From NCBI GenBank assembly GCA_030295235.1, contig AP026145.1, positions 744,001-808,000 of the forward strand: a stretch of DNA of 64,000 bases, read 5' to 3'. The notes under the pieces were generated by a model, which did no database searches, was not told where the DNA came from, and saw only the letters and a program-made list of their open reading frames with translations. A program made the position numbers and the translations under genes. Source of the DNA: Fistulifera solaris (lineage: Eukaryota). The first letter of the stretch is position 1. Every line of letters starts with the position of its first letter. Of this stretch, positions 37,349 through 50,269 are shown piece by piece.

Positions 37349-38155
37349 TCACTTTCGTTGATACGGCCGCAACATGCAATAAACTTGCACCGGTTTCTCC
37401 GTACCGGTTGGGTCGTTCAGGAGATGAGCGCCCACCACTTGATAGCCAAACTTTTGATAAAAGTTCTTGTTCTTTTCTCCCCCACATTCCAGATACAAAT
37501 CGCGTTGATGCGCATCGGCCAATTCGTTCATCCGACGCATGATGGCGGAACCGAATCCTTGTCCTTGACAGTCCGGATTGGTTCCTACCGCCTTGACGTA
37601 CCAATGAAGATGAGGGGCATATTCTTTGTGACATTGCCGCATGAGTGCGAGCATGTGATCGGCGCGGGCTCGAATGGGACGCGACAGTTCTTTGTCCACC
37701 GCGGTCTTTTCTAAGACGATCTTGGGAATTTCCCTCCGAAGAGCCAATCGAACGACAAGACACGTATCCATCCAAGCTTCTCGGAGCTTTTGAAAGCAAC
37801 CCTGTTGGTGGATTTCCACCAAGATACTAGTAGCACCAATCTGTTGGTCGGCGGTCATTTTATTCAAAATGAAACCCTTCTCTCGGAAGGCTTGATTTGT
37901 CACATAAGACATGATGAACGTATACAGTCCTTCTTTGCTATTGACATAGGAGGCGGACTGTTCCGCCAGCTTTTGATTGACGGTCGATCCCACCATCCAT
38001 GTCACGTTCGGTTCCCCATCGACTTGGGGAGTGCCACAGAACGATTTGCCCAAAGCGTGGCGGACTTCATCGAAGGTGGCGTCGCACTTCCATTCGGCGG
38101 AAGGCACAAACTCCTTCTTGGCTTGTTGAAGAGAAGATGCGGAAAAGAAAGGCAT
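37349..38155 (-). CDS. GNAT-family N-acetyltransferase
   Basis: HWYVKAVGTNPDCQGQGFGSAIM (motif A), YLECG, NKNFYQKFGY. Confidence 0.85.
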   Translation of the reverse strand: MPFFSASSLQQAKKEFVPSAEWKCDATFDEVRHALGKSFCGTPQVDGEPNVTWMVGSTVNQKLAEQSASYVNSKEGLYTFIMSYVTNQAFREKGFILNKMTADQQIGATSILVEIHQQGCFQKLREAWMDTCLVVRLALRREIPKIVLEKTAVDKELSRPIRARADHMLALMRQCHKEYAPHLHWYVKAVGTNPDCQGQGFGSAIMRRMNELADAHQRDLYLECGGEKNKNFYQKFGYQVVGAHLLNDPTGTEKPVQVYCMLRPYQRK

Positions 38156-38590
38156 GTTTTGCGCTGGTAAATTTGTATGATGAGACGAGAATCGTTTTTC
38201 TTGTTGGTGATTTTTTGAATTTTGAATTACTCCGTATTTTGTGGCGTTCCTGGGAATTCCGGAATTTCCAGGAAGGAAAGCGAACACGACACGGAGAACG
38301 GCAGTCCTAGAGTGCGACTTTTCGCCCGAAGAACCTTTGAGACGCGAGACGCGAGAGAGACCCGGTTTTAAACAGTTTTCAGAATATGAAAATAATTGTC
38401 GGTTGAAAGATCGACTACGGCACAGCTTTCTATCTGTAAAACGAGATGAGTACTCTATAACACTGACTTTTTTTGAATTTCATGGAATTGCAAGAGAAAA
38501 AGCAACTCCTTTAACCATAATCTCCATCGCAGTCTCAATCTGCTATTATTCCTTCATTGCTGTCTTTATTGCAAAGTATTCAATAACATC

Positions 38591-39556
38591 ATGCCTTCTC
38601 CTCGGTTCCCCTCTCCCCGTCATAGGCTGAAAACTAATTTTAGTCCTTCGTGGCTCGTTTGTTTTCTATGCGGCTGCCTGGTGGGATATTACTGGCAAGG
38701 AAACAGCGTCGATGTGTTTATGTTTTCGTCGTCGTCTTTAACCAACAACAATCACCATAACTACAATGCTACTACTCTACAAAATAACGATGGATGGCGG
38801 CAAATTGATGTCTTTTACGGAACAGCTCCTACTACTAGCCAGCAGTGGTTTTCTCAAGCAGCACAAGACGAACTCGTCATTGGCTTGTTGCGCGGAAAAC
38901 GCGATGGATATTTCGTGGATTTGGCCGCCAATGATGCTTTACTGTTGTCGAATACCTACGCCTTGGAACAACGATACGGATGGTACGTGTGAATATTGAA
39001 GTAGGAGGTATCTGTAAAGTAGCTTCCTTCCTGACGACTCATCTACGTCACCAGGCACGGCTTGTGCATTGAACCCAATCCTGTGTATTGGAAGAATTTA
39101 TCGTATTATCGTTCGTGTCATACCGTAGCGGCGGTCGTGGGTGCCGAACGAATGCAACCCGTCTATTTTCGTTACGAGGCGGGGGATCATGGCGGCATTG
39201 CCGATGAAGGATTTGACAATGGCAAACGATGGCAACGGTCCAGTGAATTGGCGTATACGGTCACCTTGCAAGAAATATTCGAACGCTACCAAGTTCCACA
39301 CGAAATCGATTACTTGTCGTTGGATGTGGAAGGAGCGGAAACCTTTGTCTTGCAGCAATTTCCTTTATCGCAGTATCGCATCAAAATCATTACGGCGGAA
39401 CGATTGAAGGGTGACATTCGTGTCTTTTTGAAAGGACATGGCTACGAATTTGTCGCAAAATTGACAAGATGGGGAGAATCATTGTGGGTGCACACGTCTG
39501 TGAAGGATGAGTTGGATTGGTCTGTTTTGAAGCGACTTGAGTTTCCGCGTGGATAG
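38591..39556 (+). CDS. FkbM-family (Methyltransf_21) methyltransferase with N-terminal membrane anchor
   Basis: SQAAQD, GYFVDLAAND, SNTYALE, intron 38983-39054, W|HGLCIEPN, IDYLSLDVEGAE. Confidence 0.85.
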
Positions 39557-39649
39557 TAATTGTAGAAACCACCTACAAACGAGAGAACAGTAGTTCCCCA
39601 GTGATACAGTATAGGCTTGTATTGATAGTAAAACAACGATTTGACTCAT

Positions 39650-40330
39650 TCATTGTCTCTTACTAATCGCCGACGGACGCCAGTAATAATCTCCCATGGT
39701 CAATAAGGTCGTCGTTCCTGTCATCCACCACAACGATTGCAACACCGGTTCCAAAGTGCTATCAACAATCCACGGATGAAACAGACACGTCGTGAGAGTC
39801 GCAAATTGCAAAGTCGTGTTCAGTTTCGAAATCAAGGTCGGATGAACTTCCAGTAATGGCGCCCCGGCCGGTTGTTGTTGCCATATTTGGTAAGTGGCCC
39901 CAATCAACACCAAGTCTTTGCACAACCACAGTGTCACGAGCGGCGATGGCAATAAAATCAGTGTTGCCGATGGCTGATACCAGATCGAGAGAGCCACCGT
40001 ATTTATCAACAATTTATCCGCCAAGGGATCCAAATACGACCCCAAAACCGTCTTCATATTGTGATGTTTCGCAAGGTATCCATCCCCAAAATCGGAAACC
40101 CCCGCGAGAAAACAGCCCCACACGGCGGCTTCGTATTGTTGTGTTAATATGAAATACGACAAAATGGGAGTACACGCAATCCGTGTCATGGAAATGAGAT
40201 TGGGTGGTGATTTCCATTCTTGTTGCGAAGAAAAGGAGATTGTTTGGAGTACGAAAGGTCGAACGAGTCGTCGACGGTAGCTTCGCAGAAGGTTGTGATG
40301 CATCATCATTGCGACGTCGCTTTTACGCAT
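39650..40330 (-). CDS. CDP-alcohol phosphatidyltransferase, cardiolipin synthase-like
   Basis: PNLISMTR, SDFGDGYLAK...LGSYLDPLADK (DxxDGxxAR...GxxxDxxxD), ISKLNTTLQ. Arg-rich mitochondrial-type leader; exact start Met uncertain. Confidence 0.85.
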   Translation of the reverse strand: MRKSDVAMMMHHNLLRSYRRRLVRPFVLQTISFSSQQEWKSPPNLISMTRIACTPILSYFILTQQYEAAVWGCFLAGVSDFGDGYLAKHHNMKTVLGSYLDPLADKLLINTVALSIWYQPSATLILLPSPLVTLWLCKDLVLIGATYQIWQQQPAGAPLLEVHPTLISKLNTTLQFATLTTCLFHPWIVDSTLEPVLQSLWWMTGTTTLLTMGDYYWRPSAISKRQ

Positions 40331-40661
40331 GCACTTATTCGGAAGCCTTTAACAGACTATTTCAAATTTCAACGAAAGACAAGAAAGGATGGTTCTATTG
40401 TATATGTTAAGTCGATTGTTTTTCATGGTCAAAGCGTGTCATCGTTCGAGATGTCTTATTGTTTTTTCGATGTTCCAGAGCGCCTTCGCATAAATGTCGC
40501 ACCGAAACCACGTACTTCAATTCGTGAATGCAACTTGTGCGCGATCCCGCATCATTGTTACGCATCAAAAAAAAAATGCCTCGTGTCATTTTTTCTCTCC
40601 CGCCGAACTGTTGCGTTCTTTATTATCTTGCATTCCTTCTCATTCCTTCACAAATCCTATT

Positions 40662-41252
40662 ATGAATACTGCAACAGAAGAAGAAACAATGCTTGCTTCA
40701 TTTACACGCGAAGAAGCAACGTTGTTGCGGGTCGCGGCCGCCTTTGTCACGATTCATCACCGTCGCCACAACAAACGGCCTCGTTCGTCAGAAGAACTAC
40801 TGCCGTCCCGACCCACTCCCATGCCTTCAAGGGAACAGCACATTCAACACATGATGCTGCTCTGTCAATCGACTCCCGTCGGGACGCCGCGATGGCACAG
40901 TTTGGTGCACCATTTGGCCCAACAGTTGCCTGTAACCTTAAATTGGCAGCCTTCGTTCGAGCAGGAAGCCTTGTGGCACGCCTTGTTGCCACTGAATCCG
41001 GCGTACTTTGCCTCCAAGCTGATTCCTGTGTTGCAGCCCCAAAAGCACTTTTTGTTATTGCAAGCCGCGTTGTTGCAAGCTCCCTTAAAGGTGGTCGAAA
41101 CGACTGTGGACGAATGGTTGAAGGCACCGCCGTTGCTCGATTTGGCGGCCTATTATGTGCAAACGTCCAATGGGACGGAATTGCTGTCGAAATGGGCACA
41201 AGATCAGTTGTTGCAGCAGTTGCTACAGAGACTCCAGTGTGAAAACAAATAA
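40662..41252 (+). CDS. Hypothetical protein
   Basis: Open frame from MNTATEEET with coding-like composition. No recognisable domain. Confidence 0.45.
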   Translation: MNTATEEETMLASFTREEATLLRVAAAFVTIHHRRHNKRPRSSEELLPSRPTPMPSREQHIQHMMLLCQSTPVGTPRWHSLVHHLAQQLPVTLNWQPSFEQEALWHALLPLNPAYFASKLIPVLQPQKHFLLLQAALLQAPLKVVETTVDEWLKAPPLLDLAAYYVQTSNGTELLSKWAQDQLLQQLLQRLQCENK

Positions 41253-41275
41253 CATGATTATAGTCTTACAGTACA

Positions 41276-44200
41276 TCAATGTTGCGCTTCCATGTGTGCC
41301 ATGAGTTCATCGCATACTTTGTGAAGTTCGTCGTATTCGAATTGCAGCTTCTTTTCTGAGATTCCAGGTGGCTTAGCGCGTTTTGGAGCAAAGTGTTGGT
41401 GGCTTCCGCTTCTTCGAATTTGTTTTCGAACTCTTCCGCGGCTTTTAGCAGACCCTGCATCTCTTTGCGGTAATCGCGAGCCTTTTGGGCGGCTTCTTTC
41501 TCAATTGACTCCTTTGCACCCTTGAGTTCCGCAAGTTCCTTGTTCAGCTCATTGAGTCGGATATCCTTCTCTTTCGAGGCAGTTTCCCAGTACTTTTGGC
41601 GTCTTTCAGCTCGGCTTCCAACCGTTCCGCATTGCTCTTGACAATATCGTATTGCTTTTTCAATTTCACATAGAGGTCGTTGGCTTGCTTGAATTGTTTC
41701 TCCGCGCGTTCGATCACCTTGTTTTCGGCTGCCTTACATGCCCTCTCCCTTTTTTCTTCGGTTTCCGCAACGAATTGCTCGTGCTCCTTCTTGAATGTGT
41801 CGTACTGTTCTTGAAGCTTTGCCAGAGCCTGTTCGGACTTCTCCAAGGCCTTTTCTGAGTTCTCGAGCTTAATGCTCCACGTCTTTTCAATCTTCTGGTG
41901 CGCCTTGGCTTTCAGTTCCATCTCATCCAGCTGGAAGGTTAATGTGTTGACCTGTGTCTCCTTTTCCCGGATGACCTTTTCTTTCATCTCAATATTTTCT
42001 TTGTGCTCTGCTTCCACCAAGTCCAGCTGCGCCAGCAAGTCGTCCAGTTCCTTCGTATGCCCGTCTTGAATCTCTTTCAGGCGGCTTTCAAACACTTCCT
42101 TCTGAGCAGCTATTTCGTTTTGCTGCTCGTCCTTGATATCGGCGAGATCCTTCCGAGCCTTATCCAATTCCTTTTGCACTTCCGCGAGTTTATTTTCGAT
42201 TTCGATCTTTGCTTCCCGCTCAATATTAAGCTTCTCGATCTCGACGTCCATCATTTCTGTGAGCTTTCTCAATTCCAGCTGATGTTGTTCAAAAGCCTGG
42301 GTGACATCTTTCTCAGCAGCATTTACCTTCATTTTCATTGATAGTGCGTTGCTACGTTCCGATTCAAGTTGCGACTGCAAGCTTTCGATCTTCTGAAGCA
42401 GATCTTCTCTCTCACCACATGAGCTCGCTTCAGATATAGTTTGACGAAGTTCACTCTCAGTTGCCCGGAATTGAAGTGTCTGTTCTTCCAATGTCTTACG
42501 CAGCTCCAGTATTTCGGCGTCATTTTTCTCTCGCAACGTTTGGATAGCCCTCTCATGCTCATCAATGAGATCCTTTTCTTTTTTTTCGAGATCAGAAATC
42601 TTTTGAAGAAGTTCTTCCTTTTTCTGTACGTCTCTCAGTCCCTCGCTTCGATTGGCCTTCTTTTCAGCCTCCAAAGCCGCAATCTTTTCTAACAGTTCTT
42701 TCCTCTCGTTTCCTTCTGCCACGGAAAGATTTTCCTTCAATTCGCGCCCCTTCTCGGCGTTAGCTTCGACCCGAGATTCATACTGCTTTCTGATGCACAT
42801 AATTTCTTTCTCATTAGCCGTGCGCAACTCTCTGAGGGCTCGTTCATGCTCTTCATTTCGCTTCAAAATTTGCTCTTCAAGAACGACTACTTGTTGCCGC
42901 AGGCTTTCTTTTCCTTTTCAAGCAACTCTTCTGAATTTCGTTTGACACTGGGTGATCTCTTGGTCGGTGTTCCATAGGATGTAGTAGGTCGATTTGGAGA
43001 CTTGACAGGGGTGCGCGTATTAGGGCTTGGTCGGTATAATCGAGAGTTCGGCACGTTTCCAGTGCTCTCACGGCGTGTCGGTGTTTTCGTGGGCGACTTT
43101 CTCTTAGTTTCTAGCTCGTGCAAACTGTCCTCATGGCTTTTCTTAGCAACTCGAAGATCCTCCTGTAGATTTGTGACTTCCATCAAACGTTCTTCTAGTT
43201 CCTCCTCCATTTTCTTTTGAGCTATTTTTCTTTCCTCAAGCTCCGCACTTATGCAGGAAAGTTGCTCTGTGAGAGAAACGTTTTCAGCAGTTACTGTTTC
43301 ATGCTCGGATAGCTTCGCTTTCGTCAATTTCAGCTCTTTTTGCACACGTAGTAACTCTGCCGGAATGACAGCGTGTTGCGCTTGAAGCGCCTCCTTCTCT
43401 GCAATAGCTGTCTCTAGTTCCTTTTGAGCGCGCGAAAGGGCGTTTGAGACGGTAGCGAGTTGTTGCTCTATTTCTTTTGAGCGCTCTTTCTCATGTCGCA
43501 GCTCCTCAAGTGTTGTGTCTAGCTTTGCAGATTGCTCGCGTAATGAATCCGCTTCATCCTTAGGAATTTGATCGAGAGTAGTAAGTTCATGTTCCGTTCT
43601 CGCCAGTTGACTTTTCGTTTCCGCTAGCTCTTCCTGCAGCTCATGAATCTGGCTCGTGAGCTTCTCAGAGGCATCAGCACGTTCTTTCTGCAAAACTTTG
43701 AGCTCATTCCGCAACGTCACCAGTTCTTTCTCTCGTTTCGCGCTTTCTCCATTGTTCTCAAGACGCTCAATCTCAATCTGACGGGCGTGAGCCATGCGGT
43801 TCGCTAAAGCCAGTTGGTCCTTCTGCTCGGCGAGTTTCTTTTTATGTAACTCCTTGAGTGCTGCAATTTCTTGTTGGTGCTGAAATAACAACTCGTCTTC
43901 TTGAAGCTGGAACTGCCTATAAGCTGCTTTTAGCGCATCTTCCACGGCAAACTCAATCTGTGACCGGCTTTCTTTTCCGAAAGGATCATTCCATTCTATT
44001 TCAGCTTTGGCTAAGGCTTCATTGATGTGTTGATCCAGCTCTTCTGACGATATTTTCCGTAGTTCTCGATCATTCTGTCTATCATATGCCTCAAAGTCGT
44101 CAGGAAGAAAGGCAGCGTCATCTTCATCGTCATTATCATCGACCTCAATGAGGAGGATGCTGTCTTGTCTGCCTTCGTCCACGGAAGATCCCTTAGTTGA

Positions 44201-45452
44201 GACTTCCTTAACCGTTGATAACTCTTCGCGACTGGGAATAATTCGAACGAGAGCGGGTGAGGTCCTATGATTCAAGTAAGGTGACTGATGCATAGAGGAC
44301 CCTGTGATCATTTGAACCGGCGGCGGAGAATGAGAACTGACTCTCGAGATGGATGACGAACTCGCGGAGTCGTCTTCGCTGTCAGTTCCTACGAGACTGA
44401 TGTGCTTTGGACCGGTCGACGCTTTGTATACGTCTTCCAGTGCAGCTCTTTTGGGGCTTTTTTCTGTGTTCTTTAATGGTGATTTGGAATTTGTATTTTC
44501 TGTCGGCCTTGGAACATGGGACTTACTTGCCGCATTAGCAAACAATGCTGGGATTACGAGTTTGCCGGGTGTTATTGTTTGCTTCTTGGGCGAGATTCCG
44601 CTTCCGGCTGGGGCAGAGGAGCAGGACACAAATCGCTCGAAGACAGATCCTCCTTCTGATGTTTTCCATTTCTTCTCCTTGCTCTTTGAATCACTCGTAT
44701 CATCATCACTCTCCTTTTGATCGTCTTGCGGTTTGGGAGGCGGAGGCGTCGGCAATTCATTTACTTTATATGCCAGTCCTATCACCTCGTCCAACGACGA
44801 CTGAATAGCTTGGCGGACCTCATCTTCAGCATACAAAGTCAAGTTATCTCTTGCATTTGCGACTGCCTCGGCAAAGCCTCCCCACAGCCAGACTCCATTG
44901 GGTCGGCGTCGGCCTCCGAAGGCGCTTCTGGAGGAATTCTACTCTCTCGACGACAAGCAACTCCACAGACCGCGTTATTTGTGGGAGAACAACCGCTCTC
45001 GAGCACATCCTCATCCCGATCGGCACTTTTTTGAGAATCATCGCTCCCCGTGGGGCCAAAAATTCGATTCAGCAGGTTTGACGACACCTTTTTCTTTTTA
45101 AAGATGAAAATCGCTGAGCTTTACGACTGAAAGGCGATACTTTGGATTGATCGGGAGTTGATTCGCTTGCTTGCATTTCAGCACTCAGTTCTGCTTTATA
45201 TTCCGGTGAAAACATTTTCTTCGTTCGATTGCGGTCGTTCTTTTTTGTGTCCTCTGCTATCGCCGCTCCAGATGCCTTCAGGAGTGAATTTAAATCGTCC
45301 GGGAGAAATTCTTCACCCTTTTGAACAAAGGTGAACGGTTCAGCACTGTCTTCTGTCGGATTTCGGGATTCTCCTTGGTTGTCAAACATTCGTGGACTTG
45401 GATCTTTCGGACGAAGCGATGCCATGGGGGATGCCGCCGGCGGATCAGCCAT
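41276..45452 (-). CDS. Large coiled-coil protein with low-complexity N-terminus and TACC-like C-terminus (frameshift-fragmented)
   Basis: ORFs 45069, 44839, 42887, 41544 and 41266 are consecutive on the - strand, with breaks near homopolymers. Long E/K/Q heptad tracts. The corrected end ...KLQFEYDELHKVCDELMAHMEAQH* resembles the TACC terminal motif EELTKICDELI. Confidence 0.65.
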
Positions 45453-46189
45453 GTTAAAACGCTTGTATCGTGGATTGCTTTTTATCTGAGCACTTAGCAG
45501 CTAGACTTTGCGCCGATTTAGAAGACTTTGGCGTTGAGTGCTTCTTACTAGAACGTTGCGCTACTCTTATCGAGAGTTGTCAACAAGGTCGGTCAACCTG
45601 CATCAAAATGTCACAGGAACGTGTTGCTCTTTTGTGAACATTTCTCGGCTTGCTTGCGCTCATTCGGGCGTGATTCTCTTCTTATCGATCATTGGTATTT
45701 GTATAACAACTATTCAAAACATTGATACTAAAAAAAATAGATGTAGTCCGAGTCCCTGAATAAGTGTAGCATATGTTTTAACAATTGCCGCCCGGCGCAC
45801 TACTAGGTTTCTTACTCTTTGAATACAGCCAATTCAGCATAATTTCACCTTTTACCTGGTACGGTTAAGGATACATGGCTAAGGAAAGTAGACAAAGAAG
45901 GACTTAAACTTAAACATCATCATGATCTCGCCACATTTCTTTGCACGCAAGAGCTATTAAGAAAGCGACACGCAGAACGCAGCGGAAATGAACAATTATA
46001 TTTATTAAAATCAACCAGGTTTACGCCCAACAAGCCTTAAGATGCTTTAGGTTATTACTCATTGTCAAGATGAACAGGAGAGTTATCAAAACGAAATACT
46101 ATCCATACTTAATCAATGATATGCGAGCTCAAAACATAAAACGAAACCTTTCTACAAAGCCAAACGTATGCGATTAGCGCTTATGTTCT

Positions 46190-49100
46190 TTAAGATCGAT
46201 AAAACTCCTTCACTCCTACGGCGAGTTTCTCGACTGTATCTTTGGCATCACCCAAAAGCATGTCGGTATTATCTTTTAGGAAAACCGGGTTGTCGACACC
46301 GGCGTAACCAGCAGCAAGACTTCGCTTCATGACAATTACCTGCCTTGCATCCCAAACACGTAGCACTGGCATACCGGCAATCTGTGAATTCGGATCATCA
46401 ATAGCAGCCGAGTTGACGGTGTCATTGGCTGAAAGAGTGGGAATAATCATAGGCAAAAGGACGTCAATGAGGATGCAAAAGTGAACCATTGAAATAAACA
46501 ACAAATACTTACCACCAATCACTAAAGCCACATCAGTGTCACGAAAGTCGTCATTGATTTCTTCCATTTCCTCAACAATATCGTAGGGCACACCGGCTTC
46601 GGCAAGCAAGACATTAAGCTGTCCAGGCATGCGTCCCGCAACAGGGTGGATCGCAAAGCGGACGTTTTGCCATTTTGCGCAAGACTTCGACCATCTCTTT
46701 GAGAGGATACTGAGCCTGAGCGACGGCTAAACCATAACCGGGAACGATGATAACGCTTTCGGACTCAGTGAGAAGGCGAACTGTGTCATCGACGCTTGTC
46801 AAAGTTGACTCGCCCTCGAATTTCATAGCTTCGCCACCTGCTGTGCCCTTTGTTCCATAACCACCAAGAATGACACTAGTGATGTCCCGATTCATTGCAT
46901 CACACATAATTTTGGTCAACGCCGCACCAGAGCAACCAATCAAAGCACCTACTGTAGTCAGAATAGGCATGTCAAGCATAAAACCTTCTGCACACAAAGC
47001 CCATCCAGAATAGCTGTTCAAGACAGTGATAACGACAGGCATGTCCGCACCGCCAATAGACGCAGTCATGTGCCAACCCAATACTCCTGATGTGGTCAAT
47101 GCTGTAGATAACGCAGCCATTCCGGTGCCAACACCGGGAGCTCCCATCAAAACAGCACCCGCTCCTACTGTTGCCGCTCCCAGGCCCATATTGATTTGAT
47201 CACGAGCGGCAAGAGCAAGAGGCGCCGAGGGTAGGCGACCGTCTAGTTTTCCGAATGCCACAAGAGACCCCGTGAATGTCACACTGCCAATCACAGTCGC
47301 TAGGTAAATACTTGCCAAATGAACGCCATCCAACTGAGTGGTATCAGGAGTGTTAAGGTAGTCACCACAGCAGCCGCACTAGCAGCCAAGCCCACCAATG
47401 AATGGAAGGCTGCTACTGTTTGCGGCAAAGATGTGGGCTCCACCTTATGACCGATGCGATGTCCAGCCAGAGCACCTACACCCATTAAAGCTCCAATTCC
47501 AGCCGTAGTACCAAATCCAGGACTTAAGTGACCAATTGTAGAAGCAATGCCAAGAGCTACTCCAGCTTGCCCAGAAATAGCACCGAGTCTCGCCGTTTTC
47601 TGCGAAGCAAGACCTGCTATTCCGCCAATACATAACAGTCCAGCCAGCGTCGACGCCGCAGCGTCAAGCTCGGGAAACTCTGCCAGAGAAAGATCCAACG
47701 GAATAGGCAGCCAAAGCAGCGCCCGCCGGAACACCGTAGAGGTGATAGTACTCAGGAGGATCGTCTGGTCGCTTGAACATGTCCAGCATTTTTGTCGTTA
47801 CAATAAAACCACCTGAAAGAAATGAAAATCGACATCAAATTATTAGTTTTCAAACAGCAGCTCGCGTATATCGCGAAGGTAACACTCACCGACAATATTG
47901 ACCGTTGACAGCGTAGTTGCTATTGCAGCAAGAGCGGTTACGACGGGTCCGGTGCTATGAGCATATAGATGCATGCCACCTAATGCGGTTGTTCCAGAAA
48001 TGGCGTTTGTCACCGCCATGAGCGGAGAGTGCAACGCGTGGGTTACACCCATTACGACTTGAACGCCGATAACATTGGACAGCGCAAACGTAGTGAGCAT
48101 ACTAGAGAAAGCAGCATCTGGTGCTAGGGCGCCCATGCCGAGAAGAGCTGCCGCAGCATACCCCGACTGCTTCGCTCCAGCTATGTAGGGTGCTTTGTGG
48201 TCCACAACAATGTCTTGGGTAGTTTGTGCTTTTGCAGGAGGCGGTGGCGGCGTTACAGGAGCCGGTGGAGGAAACATCTTAAAATCGCGAAAGGGCATTA
48301 GTTTCTGATTCGAACGGCCATCCACTTTCAGCGTCTGCACTTACAAGTTTTCCATTTTCCACTACAAGCATACCTCGAACGGCTTCATCATTGTGATCAA
48401 TAAAATAATAACCAGCTTCTTTTGTCGTTTGCGGCCCAATACTTAACAGGAACTTGGAGATGTTGTTTGCGTACAGGTTAGATGATGTGGTCGACAAGCG
48501 ACTAGGCAAATCCGTATAACCGATGCAGGTGACTCCATTGTTTGTCACAATTTTCTGATCCGGGACTGTTGTCTCGATGTTCCCACCAGCTTCTGCAGCA
48601 AGATCGACCATCACAGAGCCATTCTTCATCCCTGCCACCATTTCTTTTGTAATCATGATCGGAGCCCTTTTACCTGGAATCAAAGCGGTCGTGATAACTA
48701 TGTCAACATCGCTGCACTGCCTAGTCAAAAGATCTTGAGCAGCTTTGTGCCATTCGGGTGACATTTCTTTCGCGTAACCCCCCGCACCCGATCCGTCTTC
48801 TTCGTAGTCCACGAGTAAAAACTGAGCACCCATAGCTTCCACTTGTTCCTTTGTGACAGGTCGCACATCAAAAGCCCGAACAATCGCTCCCATATTCTTT
48901 GCCGTTTGGATAGCTGCTAAGCCGGCTACTCCCGCTCTGTTGTTTAGTAGAGAAAAATGCAAGCGTCAGACGAAGTTCGAGGTGAATCAATGCGAAATTT
49001 CAAACTCAACTCACCCAATGACCAGCACTTTGGCGGGAGGAACCTTTCCGGCCGCCGTCATTTGCCCGGCGAAAAAACGCCCAAACTCGTGACTTGCTTC

Positions 49101-49740
49101 GAGAACGGCACGATATCCAGAAATATTGGCTTGCGAAGACAACGCATCGTAGGTCTGTCCGCGACTGAGGGTACGAGGAATGCAATCCATGGCAAACGCA
49201 GTCGCGCCTTGGTCTTGAGTTGTTGCACGAGTGCTTCGTTCTGACGAGGCCACAGAAACGAAACAATCGTACGATTCTCCAAGGCTTTGACCTGCTCCGG
49301 CGTGGGAGGTCTCAACTATTGATCGTAAAACGAAACAATGTTAATCATCGGTCAGCAGAACGAAAAAAAATCGAAAGTTTCAAATAACTTACCTTCAGAA
49401 CAATGTCGGAATCTTTCCACACATCGTCAACGATGGTCGCACCCGCCGCTTGATAGGCTTCATCCGTAAAGTGTGCACCTTCTCCGGCACCCTTTTCGAT
49501 CAAGACTTGAAATCCAGGCTTCACCAGCCGAGTCACCGACTCGGGGGATGCCGCAACGCGTCGCTCCAACGGAAAGGTTTCTCTCGCGACACCGACTTTT
49601 AAGCTTGAATAAGAAATACCTTTCGGCTTTCCTTCTTCTTTCAAGGACGTACTCGTGAAGTATCGAAACGCCAGAGAGGCCGCCGGCACCGTACGGTCTA
49701 GCACACTGAGGCGTACGAGACGCCCCACCTGCAACACCAT
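46190..49740 (-). CDS. NNT: Mitochondrial NAD(P) transhydrogenase (fused alpha-beta, multi-exon)
   Basis: [110 protein letters not shown]. Several short introns and indels. Confidence 0.95.
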
Positions 49741-50269
49741 TCTTTTGTCGATCTGCCGCCGAACGATTACCGACGAGGCTCTTACAACAACTTTCTCCTC
49801 TTAATGCCTACTGACGAGGAATCGTTCTCGTTGCTATCGTCGCCACTGACACAGCTTTCTTGACAAAATGAAAGATCCGATTTCATTCGCCATGGGCGGC
49901 GAAATTTGCATGCGGAAAGATCTTTTGCGAACGCACACAAAAACAGTGAGCCGCCGCACACTGATCCTTTGTGTACTTCGGTTTCGGTATTCCGTTGTCT
50001 TTCTGATTCAAATGTATATCGTATCGGTATCGATTCCACTATTTGCAGTACGTGCGGCATTGCTCCATTGCAAATTGCAATGGACGAAACACTCTCGACG
50101 CGATCCTTTCATTCGGCAAGAATTATTCTTCGAAGAACGCTTTGACTTTCCTTTCCCGCAGCATTTTTCCCTCCGCACCCCAGCAGCACTCACAAATGAC
50201 GAAGCATCCGCAGCGGATACCATCTTCTTCCGGGGATCCGTGTGAACCACAGCACTTCTTTCCTCAATT

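Noticed and set aside
2635..45452. Functional clustering of mitotic genes (dynein, CDKA2, TACC-like)
   Set aside because: They are separated by many unrelated genes, and chance co-location in a compact genome is sufficient.
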